NCBI GenBank assembly: GCA_016748015.1
Contig: JAAOMT010000512.1
Span: 530,719 to 594,718 of the forward strand
Length of the DNA stretch: 64,000 bases
Direction of reading: 5' to 3'
Source: Geosiphon pyriformis uo1
Taxonomy: Eukaryota > Fungi > Glomeromycota
Part shown: positions 25,594 to 37,245 of the stretch, piece after piece
Layout: the number at the start of each line of letters is the position of its first letter
Numbering within the stretch: the first letter of the stretch is position 1
The notes under the pieces: generated by a model
Database searches by the model: none
What the model saw: only the letters and a program-made list of their open reading frames with translations
What the model was told of the DNA's origin: nothing
Position numbers and translations under genes: made by a program

Positions 25594-27339
25594 GTAAATA
25601 TTATAATTGATATTGAGGCAAAAAATATTGAAATCTTATAAATTAAAAATATTTAAGTTATTGTAGATATTAGTTTTTTTGGATTTGGTTTGCCAATTTT
25701 TTGTAACAATCTTTGAAAATGTAATCTGGTTTTTGATAATAGTAACAACTACAGAAATTTTGTTTTTAGAGTTGTTGTTGTTAGTAGTTTTGTTGTTATT
25801 GGTATTTATTAGTATTGTTCTTCTGTTATAATAGCTGATAGATTTTTGTAGTTTTGATTAAAAATTTCTTAATTTTTTGAATTAATTTTTTACTTAATTG
25901 AATAAGTTTTGTGTTAATATCAAAAATTCTATTTATGACTAAGTTAATAACTTGAATATAATTGGCTTCTTGTTTTACTAATTTGAAATTATTAGCAAAT
26001 ATTACAGCTTTTTGTAAGCTACTAAAATATTAAAATCTAATAGATTAAAAGATATTGCTCTTTAATCTCTTGATAAATTGGTTAAAAGCTTGTTTTGTGA
26101 TGTAATAGTCTTTTTTAATTGTCTGAATTTGGTAAAAAGTTTGATTAAATCTTTTAAAATAAGTGGTTATAGCTTTATGATCTTTTTGTTTTATTATGCT
26201 AAATTGATTTTATAGTCTAATAAACATATTTGAATCACAGAAATATTATAAAAAAGTAAGTTTAAAGATGACAAAATCAATCAGTTTTTTGTTAAAACTT
26301 TGGTACCATAAATTTGTGATTCTAGTAAAAAAAAAAATAAGACTTAAATTGTTCTGGTTTTGTTCCAATTATTAATACTAATTGCTTTTTCAGTTTCTGT
26401 ATTTTAGATGTATATATTGTTTACTTCATTAAAGAATTTTTTTAATTTAGCAATATTTTAATAAATCATAACCTAAATAATAGAAAATAGTTTACTTGTT
26501 AACAAAAATAAAATATTAATAGAGATATATTTGATTGTTTTATTGAGTTTTTAATTGGTTGTTTCTTTTTATTAGTATAGCTAATAAATTATAAGATAGC
26601 TGTTCTATTTGAAAAGATAATGGTTAATTTGTTAAGAAGTAGTGCTAATGGTTATGCTTAAAAAAAATGTTCTTGTCAGATTTACTAGCTGCTAAAATAA
26701 GATTTTTAAACAGCAATTCATATTTTTTCAGGAATTTGATTTAAAAATTATGGTTAAAATCTTAAAAATACAGATTTCCATAAGTTTTTAAAGTTTTTAG
26801 TTGTGGCTTAATAGATTGATTAAATAAGATTCTGTTTTTAGGCATTTGATAATATGAAAAAATTATTGGTAAAAAAAATTTTGATTTTTTATTGACTATA
26901 AATATGGCTTTTTCTTGTATAGTTTTTATATTATTATTATTGGAATTTAACTCAAATTTTTTAAATTTGGGTTTCAATATTTGTTTTTTTGTCATCTGAA
27001 AATATTGTTTTTGAATATATAACTTAATTTTTTTATTAATTAATAAATAAATCTTGGTTATAGCTTGTTTAATAATTAAAGTTAAGTATACTAATAATTT
27101 TTTGTGAATTTGTTTTCCAAATTTTCTTGTATTGGTTATTTAGTCTAATAAATAATTAATTTTAATGTATATATAATAACAAAAATTACTTTTTGTAGTA
27201 ATAGTTTCTAATAATATTCCTAAGTTTTTTTTAAAGTTTTAAAATAATGCTTTTTTGAACAGCAAGTAATTTTTTTTAGTCTTAATAGTTACTATTTTGT
27301 GAATTTCTGAGATGTTCTGTATTTGTAAATTTTATAACT
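25594..27339 (-). pseudogene. Second Gypsy gag remnant
   Basis: IAKLKKFFNE..EKAISINNW..NLWYQS..NQFSIIKQ..AFNQFIKRLKS..LQKAVIFANNFKL. Confidence 0.75.
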
Positions 27340-27356
27340 TCCCAAAAAACACCAAA

Positions 27357-28309
27357 TATTATGAATAAACTTGATAAGATATAGTAGTAATATTTGGTGC
27401 TCTAAGTTTGAATAAGAATACTTAAAATTTTTTATTATAGACACTTGAGATAAATTGGTAATATTAGTCTTTAAAAATTTTTATTAATTTTATTTATGGA
27501 GTTTTTTGTTTATAAGACACAAAGAAGTATTTTGATTGTTTGTGGCTTAAATATATAAGTTATTTTTTCCAAGCTAATTAAATGCAATTGCTAAGATCTG
27601 GTAATATCTTTTCATTTTTCTAATAAACTAACAAAATAATATTAATATTCAATTTTAGAAGGAGCTTTTTTCTTTTACTAGACTATTATAAAGTTTATTT
27701 TTAGACAGTCAATTTTACAATATTGTCACTTTATAAAATAAAATAAATAAAATAAAACAAAAGAAATTAGTATTATTAATTATTATAATTAAGAGCAATT
27801 AATTTAAGTTATTATAGTTTTAAGACATTTTTATGCTAAGAGCATCTAACTAAAAATAAAAGAAAAAATTAATTCAGTTTAAACATAAAAATCCGTGAAT
27901 TATATATAAATGATTTGGTTTCAAATATTTTTTTTATTTAAAATAATATAGAGATAAGATATAATTAAAATTTATTTAAAAGAAAATAGAATAAAAGTAG
28001 AAAAATATTGATTTTTTTCTATTTGTTTTTTTCTATTTTTTAAAACTACTTGTTTTTATACATTTTTTTAGTTCTATAAAATTGCTTTTGATTATCTTAT
28101 TATTGCTAACTATTGTTTATTATTTCTATTATTGCATTATTTTTTTATATTATTATTAGTTATTTTAAGTTTTGACTAGTTATTTGGTACTATATTATGT
28201 TATTGTATTTTTGTATTGTATTATTCCAAGTTATTACATTTTTTTGTATTATTTTATATTATTACATTTTTTTCTATAATTTCAGATTGGTTTTTTTACT
28301 TATATAATA
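27357..28309 (-). repeat. LTR (second family) with a PPT on its 5' side and a PBS on its 3' side
   Basis: On the minus strand gaagctcaattttaaaagaaaaaaataa precedes it and tggtgttttttgggaag follows it. Confidence 0.65.
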
Positions 28310-28499
28310 TTATTTTTTTCTTTTAAAATTGAGCTTCTGTAAAATTGTATGTATTCATAAATTTGTATTTTCTGTGTAATATTTAATCATTGTATTAAGT
28401 ATTGTTTTTTGTAGATTTTCAAATTATGAGTTTATTATTCATTCTATGTTGTTAACTGTAATAGTTTTTAATATACTATTTAGTAATATGACTAAACAA

Positions 28500-29068
28500 T
28501 ATTATCTAAGTAGAAAAACCAATCCAAAAAAATATTGAAAAAATATGATTAAAAAATATAATAATTTAGAAAAATATGATAATGCAAAATAATACAAAAT
28601 AATACATTATAACTCAAAATAATATGAAATAACACATAATAATATAAAATGAGTGTCTGGTCACATGTAGCAAAGGCATGATTTGTGCCTAGTTTAGATC
28701 ATTTGTATGATGTATAGCACTAGGTGACGTTTAGACTTCACTCATTAAACTTTAATAAAAAAAAAAATATAAAATAATTAGTTATAGTGTAAAAGAACAA
28801 AACAAAAAAAATAGCAAGCAATAATTAGTAATAACAAGCAATTAAAAGCAATTTTATAAAACTAAAAATATGTATAAAAATAAATAATTTTAGCAAAGTA
28901 AAAAAAAACAGACAGAAAAACAAAATAGAAAATATATTTTTTTATATATATCTATTAGATTTATCTTACTTATATATTTATATTATTTTAAATCAAACTT
29001 ACTTATATATAATCCACAAATTCTGTGTTTAAAATAGAATTAATTATTTTCTTATTTTTCATTTTTGG
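28500..29068 (+). repeat. Partial LTR (inverted copy of 27357-28309), interrupted by a LINE tail
   Basis: Starts tattatctaagtagaaaaaccaatc; 28770-29060 is the reverse-complement match of 27850-28170. Confidence 0.65.
28648..28768 (+). mobile_element. 5'-truncated LINE insertion (3' tail + poly(A) only)
   Basis: tgagtgtctggtcacatgtagcaaaggcatgatttgtgcctagt..actaggtgacgtttagacttcactcattaaa + A-run; matches the tails at 43855 and 51210. Confidence 0.8.
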
Positions 29069-29901
29069 TGTTACTCATAGAAATTTAGGAATTTTTAATA
29101 AGAATATAAAGTAGTCAATTAGAAATAGGTATAGTAAAAGTGGAATTTCAAGATTTCTCTCAAGAAATTATAAGATTTCAGATTAGAAAAATTAAAAGAA
29201 TCTAAAAAATTTCATATAATATTAATTATATATATATAATCAAAGTATTAGAAACAGAAAAAACAGAATTCAGTTTAGAATTAATACTAATAATCAAATT
29301 AATTAAAACAATACTTCTTTCTTTAAAAAGTAGTTTTTCTATAACTTGAAATGGAATTAAACTATATATCAATAAAATAGCAATTATTACCTGAATTTAT
29401 ATTATTGTTAAGAAATATTAATCATTTTCATTCTATCAATATAGAATATTAATAGAATCTAATATTTAACTATACTGAACTAATAACTTTTGATAATAAT
29501 TATTGATGAGATACTAATTTTTTATTTTCTTTTTATTTTCTTTTATTTTTTTATATTTTTTTATATTTTGTTTTGTTGTTACTAATTAATTAAAGGATTA
29601 ATGCACAGAATCATTAATGTTAAAAAGAACTGGTAAAAAACCTAAGAAACAAAAATAGAAACTTGAAAATTAAAAATAGCTTATCAAAAAGAACTGGCCA
29701 TTAAGCTAAGAAAAAAATTCATGAAATACACTTCTGAAAAGGTACTAAAACAGCAATTAAATCTCTGTTTATTATATAAAAGACTTAACCTAAATCTTCA
29801 AATCATGAAAATCTTTAGATATTCCTAATATTATTAAGCTATTTAGCACTAAGTTATAGATTTGTTATTTGTATCAACATTTCAAATAATCACTTATAAC
29901 A
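29069..29901 (+). repeat. LTR (A family), no matching TSD
   Basis: tgttactcatag..cacttataaca; homologous to 22814-23778. Confidence 0.8.
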
Positions 29902-30176
29902 GTAGTAAAAATAGGAACAAAATGACATCTAAAAAAACCCATACTCAAATATATATGTTGAAACACTTACTAAAAGTTTTAATATTTAATAATATAAGTG
30001 ATAATAATAATGTTTTGATGCTTTTTTCTTTTAAGTTTGTTGATTTAATGCTATTGGCTAGATTAAATGTCTTAGAAAAATGTATTTTTGAGCCAGTCAA
30101 ATCTTTTACATTAGATATTAAACTGTTTGTTGTGTTTAGTAAAACCAATTATAATAAATTAATTACTATATTATAT

Positions 30177-30890
30177 TGTTATGGTTGAAACACATAGTTT
30201 TTATTAATTATCACATGTATTAGCCACTGATGTCATATAATTAACCACCTTATTTTTAGATAGTGATCGTTGACCTGATCAATGACCTGACCGTTGACAT
30301 GATCATTGACCTGATCATTGACCTGATCATTGACCTGATCATTGACCTAATCGTTGACCTGGTCATTGACCACTTTAGATAGCTATATAAGTGATGATTC
30401 CTTTAGCTGTAGAAAGACATGATCAAAGTAACGAAATAAACAATATCAATTACTTCCTTTCATAATCGCTTATTCCCCTTTCCTTACCTTCAAGTATTTA
30501 CTTGTTGGCATTCACATACCTTATCTTTTCCCTTTCTTGATTTGTATTTGTTAGAATTAGCCTGAGAAGCAATTGGTTTGCTCTTGTAATTCATTAAATA
30601 AAGAAATGATTGAAAAGTACAACGATACCTATTATTGATTCTAAGAATTGCCAAGTTGAGGCATAGAATAATAGCAGCAATGTTATCTTGTTGACAATCA
30701 CGGACTATTCTTCTACCTTCAGATTTAAGAAAAGATTAGCGACTGTGATTTTTATGAGACTGATCACGCACATTGAATTCCTACTTATTTAATTTGCTCC
30801 CTTATTGTAATTCCCTCTTTGTTTATTTCCATCACCATACAATACTGTTCTCCCTTGCTATCCGTTAGCTTGTTACTCCAACCCGTAACA
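30177..30890 (+). repeat. 5' LTR of element B (714 bp) with 9 x 12-bp tandem array at 30265-30372
   Basis: tgttatgg..cccgtaaca; GATCATTGACCT units followed by a TATA-like gctatataag. Confidence 0.95.
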
Positions 30891-30896
30891 TAAAAG

Positions 30897-30913
30897 TGGT
30901 GCTCCCTGTGAGG
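30897..30913 (+). promoter_or_regulatory. Primer binding site, tRNA-Ile(UAU)-like
   Basis: TGGTGCTCCCTGTGAGG, 6 nt after the LTR; complementary to a 3' end ..CCUCACAGGGAGCACCA resembling eukaryotic tRNA-Ile(UAU). Confidence 0.8.
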
Positions 30914-30942
30914 TTGTCAAAATTCACTTATTCTCTCATTGT

Positions 30943-32484
30943 ATGGGTGATTACTCATATCTGCCACAGCAATCAGAAGAACACTTTGTAGCACACAACA
31001 GAAACGACCAAAGTTTCATTAAACTTAATCCTCTGCCCTCCTGCTTGATCTGCTTCCCCCTTGAAGAACAATCAAGTAGACAATTCTAAGACTTTTGGAA
31101 CTGGTTCCTGAATGAGCATTCAGCTGAAACCTACACAGCTTATACAACCTATTACTTTGACCAAGCTTATTTTGAAAATTACTTTGAAGAAAGAAACAAC
31201 AGTATCAATCAGCTCTTATATTCTGCAACCTTTGAACAACAGCCTCCTGATTTCAAATATCTGAATCATCAAATCCACATTTGGATTGCTGTCTATCAAG
31301 CAACTGAAACTCCCTTTGAAACAGAAGAAGAAAGCTACCAAACTGACCCTGTTTTTGATCTTTTATCAAGCGAATTAGACTCATCTACACAAACAGTTAC
31401 CCCTGAACCAATGACTAATGACTCCATGCAAGCAAACATTCTGGCCGCTCTCCAAGATATACAAACTGCTCTAGGGCGAAGAAACAACACCCCAATACCA
31501 TTATTTAGAGGTGATACACAAGATCCAATTGAATGGTTGGATGACTTTGAAAGAGCCACTACAGCCAATCAATATGATGATGAGGACAAGTTCCAAATTG
31601 TTGGTGGCTACCTTCAAGGATCCCCTGCTACCTGGTTCTTACAAGAAACAAATGCCAATGCCCAGCAAAAAATTGTTAAATGGACACCAGTAAATGTGGG
31701 AGAAATCAACACTTCTTTCACTACCCGGTTTGAAAACAAGTTCAAAACCCCAATATTAATATCAAAATGACATATGGAATTGGAAAGAAAAACCCAAGGT
31801 CCTGGTAAAGTTGTAACCAAATATGCCAAAGCAATCAGAAAGTTAATTAAACGAGTAGACACTGGAAGAAATTGGACAGAAGAGCAGAAAATTCACTCCT
31901 TCACAAAAGGATTGAGAACTGATCTATTATATGCTCTTTGGCCCCTCCTGGCCCTGAAAGATAATCCCACCATGGATATGGCCATTGAATTAGCACAAAG
32001 AATTGAAGACAATCAAAGGATGCACTTGGGATTCACACTACCAGTTTTTGCTTCTGTTCCTGTCATGGCTTCTGCCCCTCAAATGGCTGCTACTTCTTTT
32101 GCCACTCACACTCAAGATCCAAATGAACAGTTAATAGACAGACTCACAGCAAATCTTGCTCGGTTATTAGAACCCTTAGCCCAAGCAGTCAGAAAAAATT
32201 AGCAACCACAAAGACTCAAATTTGAACCACACTTCAATCAGCCCCAGCAACCACCTTATCAAAGACAACAAAATCGTGGCCCACCTGTATGCTATTGCTG
32301 TGGATTAACTGGACACTTTTCAAGAGATTGCAACAATCCTCCACCAGTCCCCAAAAACAATGATGCTCAGAACAACAGGATCAACAACAACAATGTGCCC
32401 AACCAAAGACCCAATCATGCCAACATCAATTTCTTTGGAGAGGATCCCCTAGTTGAAGCCACTGTTTATCAGCCTTTAAACTAG
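30943..32484 (+). pseudogene. gag of element B
   Basis: PIPLFRGDTQDPIEWLDDFERA, QGPGKVVTKYAK, HSFTKGLR, zinc knuckle CYCCGLTGHFSRDC; a few premature stops. Confidence 0.9.
32475..32481 (+). promoter_or_regulatory. -1 ribosomal frameshift slippery site (U UUA AAC)
   Basis: Gag-frame codons cct tta aac tag; the -1 frame reads LVGTPLKSESASQPEEN and is in phase with pol ORF 32571. Confidence 0.8.
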
Positions 32485-35168
32485 TAGGCACACCTCTAAA
32501 GAGTGAGAGTGCAAGCCAACCAGAAGAAAACCCCTTTTACGCTTTTAACTTAACTGATAATGACCATGACATGGATGAATTAGCAATCAATCTCTCTGAA
32601 TCCACAAGAAAAAAGAAGAAAGCCAAAGTTGATTTCGTTCTAGACCCCAATAAAGCTTCTACATCAACTGCTGACAACAATGAGCTCCTAAAAGCCAAAG
32701 TTTTCAAGAACCCTCCAAAGTTGGAACCCCCAGAAATAGTACAAAAATCCGGTCCCTATTCTGTTGTTAAAGACTTTATAGAAACCCCAGCACATATAAC
32801 CTTTGGCCAATTGATGATCCATCCACAATTCAGAAAAGATCTTCATAAATCCCTGATTCCAAAGAAAAAGACACCCAAAACCAACAAATGCCCTTGCTAA
32901 GCTGGACTTGCTGACAATAGCAATGTCACTCCTCTAATTTGTAAAGCCCAAGTGGCTGGCTACTTCATCAATTTGATCCTAGACAGTAGATCATCTGTTA
33001 GTGTTATTGCCAAACACTTTCTTGAAGCAATTGGCAGAAAAATTGATGAATCATCCATATGACCAATGACCAATGTGCATGGTGATAAGAAAAAAGGGCT
33101 TGGTATAGCCAAAGCTATTTCTGTCTGCATCAATAGCATCAGCATTGAAACTAATATGGAAGTGTCTGAAGCAAAAGAATACACCATCATTGTTGGCAAT
33201 AAATGGCTCAAGAAAGCAAAGGCTTTGCTTGATTATGAACTCTATGAACTAACCATCAGATGTGGTGAGAAACCCATTGTGGTTAAGTGTTGCCATTGGA
33301 CAACTCCCCAAGTACCCAAGCAGAGTCCAGAAGAAAATGAATCAGATGAATCAGATGATGAAGAAAGTGAGGAAGAAGAAGAACAAGAAGAACAAAAAAA
33401 AACTGCTGAACTCACTTATACTATCTTCACTAGCAATGGCAAACCACTGGATAATGTCAAGGCAGATAAAGAAGAAATCATTGTCAATGGCAAGCTGATC
33501 TGCTGGCCTTATTATGATATGCTCAGAAGAATCTTTGACAGAAAGCCAGGCAAGAAAGCCAAATACAGTTATTGGTGGCATGGTCCTTGTGCCTAGTGCT
33601 GGTGCAACAAATCATTGTACTCTTCTAGTGATGAATGCATGTCCTGCCTGATCTATTACAAAGATTGGGAACCAATCAGCTTGATACCCTGAGAGAAAAT
33701 AAAAGAAGTCCAAAAGTCCTTTGAAAATGAACCACCTGAAATCCAATCACTAGTTGTAGAACAAAGAGAACCCTCTTCAGAAGAAAGAAAAGTAGACATT
33801 GAAAACCTGCTGGCTAGAAACAGCCCAGTTATCTCAAAAAAAGGTGAACCTCCTGAATGTACACATGTAATACAACACACCATCATCACCAGAGAAACTT
33901 GCCCCATCCATTTGAAGCCCTATCAATCCAACAGGCGCAATGATGAGTTTATAAAAAAGGAAATAACCCAAATGAAAACCTTTGGATTCATACAAAAAAC
34001 CAAGAGTGAATGGGCATTCTCAGTTGTAGTGGTATCCAAGAAAAGTGGAACCCTACACTTTTGTGTTGACTATCGCCAATTAAATGCCATTACTGAAAGA
34101 GACATGTACCCACTTCCCAAGAATGATGCAATACTAGACCAATTCCATGGTGCTACTTTCTTCTCAACCATTGACTTAACTGCTGGATTCTGGCAAGTAA
34201 AGATGGATCCAGAAAGCAGAAAGAAAACTGCCTTCATCACCAAGTATGATACCTATGAATTCACAGTCATGCTTTTTGGTCTCACAAATGCTCCTCCCAT
34301 ATTTTAATGCTTAATGGACAAAGTATTTGAATCAGTAAAAAAAAACTTTGTTCTAGTCTACTTGGACGACATAATGGTATACTCAAAAACCTGGGATGAA
34401 CATCTTGAACATTTGCAAAAGGTTTTTGACCTCCTTAGAAATGCAGGTCTCAAGATCAATCCAATCAAATCATTCTTTGGACATCAATCTACCCAGTTTC
34501 TTGGCCATCTTATTACAAAAAATGGAATCTTCCCTGATCCAGCCAAAATTGAAAAAGTTCAAAACATTAGACAACCAATGAATGTTTATGAACTATGCTC
34601 TTTTCTTGGTTTGGCCTCTTATTATCGCAAGTTTGTCAAGGATTTCTCCAAAATCGCTGCTCCTCTCAATCAGCTACTTAGGAAAAACATCAATTATCAC
34701 TAGGGCACTCATCAACAAAAAGCATTTGAAATTCTGAAGGAAAAACTGGTTACAGAACCCATCCTTATGCAATCTAATTTGGATCAACTTTTTATCCTCC
34801 ACACTAATACATCTGGCTATGGACTTGGTGCTGTTCTTTCCCAAAAAGATGAAGATAACAGAGAACACGCCATAGCATATGCCAATAGAACTCTCACACC
34901 AGCAGAAAGGAACTACTCAGTTACTGAGCAGGAATGCTTAGCAGTAGTTTGGGCTACCAGCTACTGGGACAAATATCTTAAGGGTGTGAAATTTTTGGTG
35001 GTAACAGATCACCAAGCTTTGGTTTGGCTATGCAACAAAAAAAACCTGGAACATAAATGGATAACTCGCTGGATACTCTACTTGGACGAATTCAACTATG
35101 ACATTCAACACCACAAAAAAGCTAATCATCAAAACGCCAATGCTCTCTCCAGACTTACCATCCAGTGA
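32481..35168 (+). pseudogene. pol of element B: protease, acidic/Cys-rich spacer, RT, RNase H
   Basis: LILDSRSS (protease), FCVDYRQLN, FGLTNAP, VYLDDI, TNTSGYGLGAVL, EQECLAVVW, NANALSR then stop. Confidence 0.93.
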
Positions 35169-35233
35169 TAGTAAAACCCTCTCAAACCAAACCAACTTAA
35201 TTATTTGTAACTCCCCCACAAACAAACACGATA

Positions 35234-36496
35234 ATAGACTTGGACAAGTACTCTGCTTTAATAAAATTTTTGGGTAAAAGACAATACCCGCCGGACTATA
35301 CTCGACAGCAAAGAGAACATTTGCGCAAACAATCAAATTTCTATTTGATTCGCCAGAACCAGTTATATAAAAAAAATAGAAAAGATCCTGACCGCCCCCA
35401 GAGAGTCATTAGATTTGAAGAAAGAGAAATTGTGATCTACAATATGCACACTGATCCATTAGCTGGACACTTTGGAAAAACAAAAACAATTCAGAAAACT
35501 TTAGCTTGCTATTATTGGCCTACTTTGGGAAAAGACATTGTTGAATACATCAAAACCTGTGATACCTGCCAAAAAAGAGGAAAACCCAATCGCAAGGAAG
35601 ATATCCATCCAATCTCTGTTGGTCAACCATTTGATAGAATTGGTATAGATGTTGTTGGACCTTTAACAGTAACTTCTGATGGCAACAGATACATTATCAC
35701 AGCTACCGACTATCTTACAAAGTGGATAGAAGCAAGAGCCACTCCAGATCAAACAACAGTCTCAATTGCCAATTTCATTTATGAAAATATTATCTGTTGC
35801 CATGGCTGCCCCAAAGAACTTTTATCTGATAGAGGAAGAGCTTTTCTCAATACACTGGTTGAAGAACTTTACAGAAAAATGAGAATACATCATAAACTCT
35901 CTTCCTTTTATTACCCCCAAACAAATGGCCTAGTAGAACGTTTCAATAAAACACTATGTGAAACCCTAACCAAAACCAGTGAAGAAACCAACCTATAAGA
36001 CAAAGTATTGTCTTCAGCCTTGTTTGCTTACAGAACTGTGAATTATGACATAATAAGTTATGAACTCTTTTATTTGCTCTATGGATGAATGACAACTCTA
36101 CCAATAGAAACGGATATAGAAACAATACTTTTTGAAGAAATAACAATAGGAGATTACAAGGACATTTTGCAAAGTAGACTTGGTACCATTCTTGACTCAT
36201 TAGTAAAAGCACAGATAATTGCTTTTGAAAAGATAAAACAGGTTCAAGAGAAGCTTAAAAAGAAAAAGACCTATAAAACACTTTCCTTAAGTATTGGTGA
36301 CTTAGTTTTGGAATACTGTTCAGACAGAGACAATGTCTATGGTGATAAATTCTCTAGCCAGTGGAAAGGACCCTTTATAGTCAACAAAGTTTTGAACAAT
36401 GGTTCTTATATCTTACAAGATCAATATAGAACAATATTCAGTGATCACCCTGTTTATGACATGCAACTCAAAAAATATCACAAACAACCTGATTGA
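35234..36496 (+). pseudogene. Integrase of element B (separate reading frame)
   Basis: MHTDPLAGHFG..YYWP..CDTCQ, IGIDVVGPL, TDYLTKW, LSDRG, NGLVERFN, WKGPF (GPY/F). Confidence 0.93.
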
Positions 36497-36588
36497 TTAC
36501 CTGTTGTGGTAATACCAACCCAAATGATCAGCAAAAATTAGATATAAATAAATGCACCATTCCCAAAACAGAGGTATTTTCAATCGAC

Positions 36589-37245
36589 ATGAACAATTAT
36601 TTCCTGGATTAAAACATTCAAAATGCTTTCTATACTCTCCATGAGTACTGGATCAAGAATTATCCAAATGCTACTCTGACTATCGGAAAACAAACCACTA
36701 TAACAGACAACAATGGAACTCACACTGTTATTAGACCAAAGAAAACAACTACCAGAAGAGAAAAAATTGGTGGCAAAATGGATAAATACCTGCTGGAAAG
36801 CATAACAGCAGCGATACTTTCACCTTCCAGCACAATTGGAAAAACAATACAAGAAATCTTGCCCATAGACAAAAACTTGTCATATGGGAGACAACTAGAA
36901 CTCTATGGTCGTCTTGGTGAAATCATAGAAGACATAAAGCTCATAAAGAAAACAACTTCAGAGATACAAGTGGAAATTTTGGACATTATACGATTGGATG
37001 TCCCAAGAGTTTTGACCATTGCAAGAAGAGCCAGAACTCTTATACAAAAATTTGGTCTCTTGGATACAAAGCTTATTTTGCCTCAAGTATTATATACTCT
37101 ATCCACAAAAGACTTCAACAAACTAGTTAGTTTTAAGTTAGACAAAACCTTTTACATAGACTATCTCATAAATAGTTTGATTTTGCTGGAGCTCAATCTC
37201 TTTGGAAAAGATGATATTATGGTTGAAACACATAGTTTTTATTAA
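36589..37245 (+). pseudogene. Extra ORF3 of element B (about 218 codons, one internal TAA), runs into the 3' LTR
   Basis: MNNYFLD*NIQNAFYTLHEYWIKNY.. is in frame with ORF 36778-37245; no evident signal peptide or TM segment. Confidence 0.65.

Noticed and set aside
30265-30372. CRISPR-like array
   Set aside because: Contiguous 12-bp tandem units with no unique spacers, inside an LTR.
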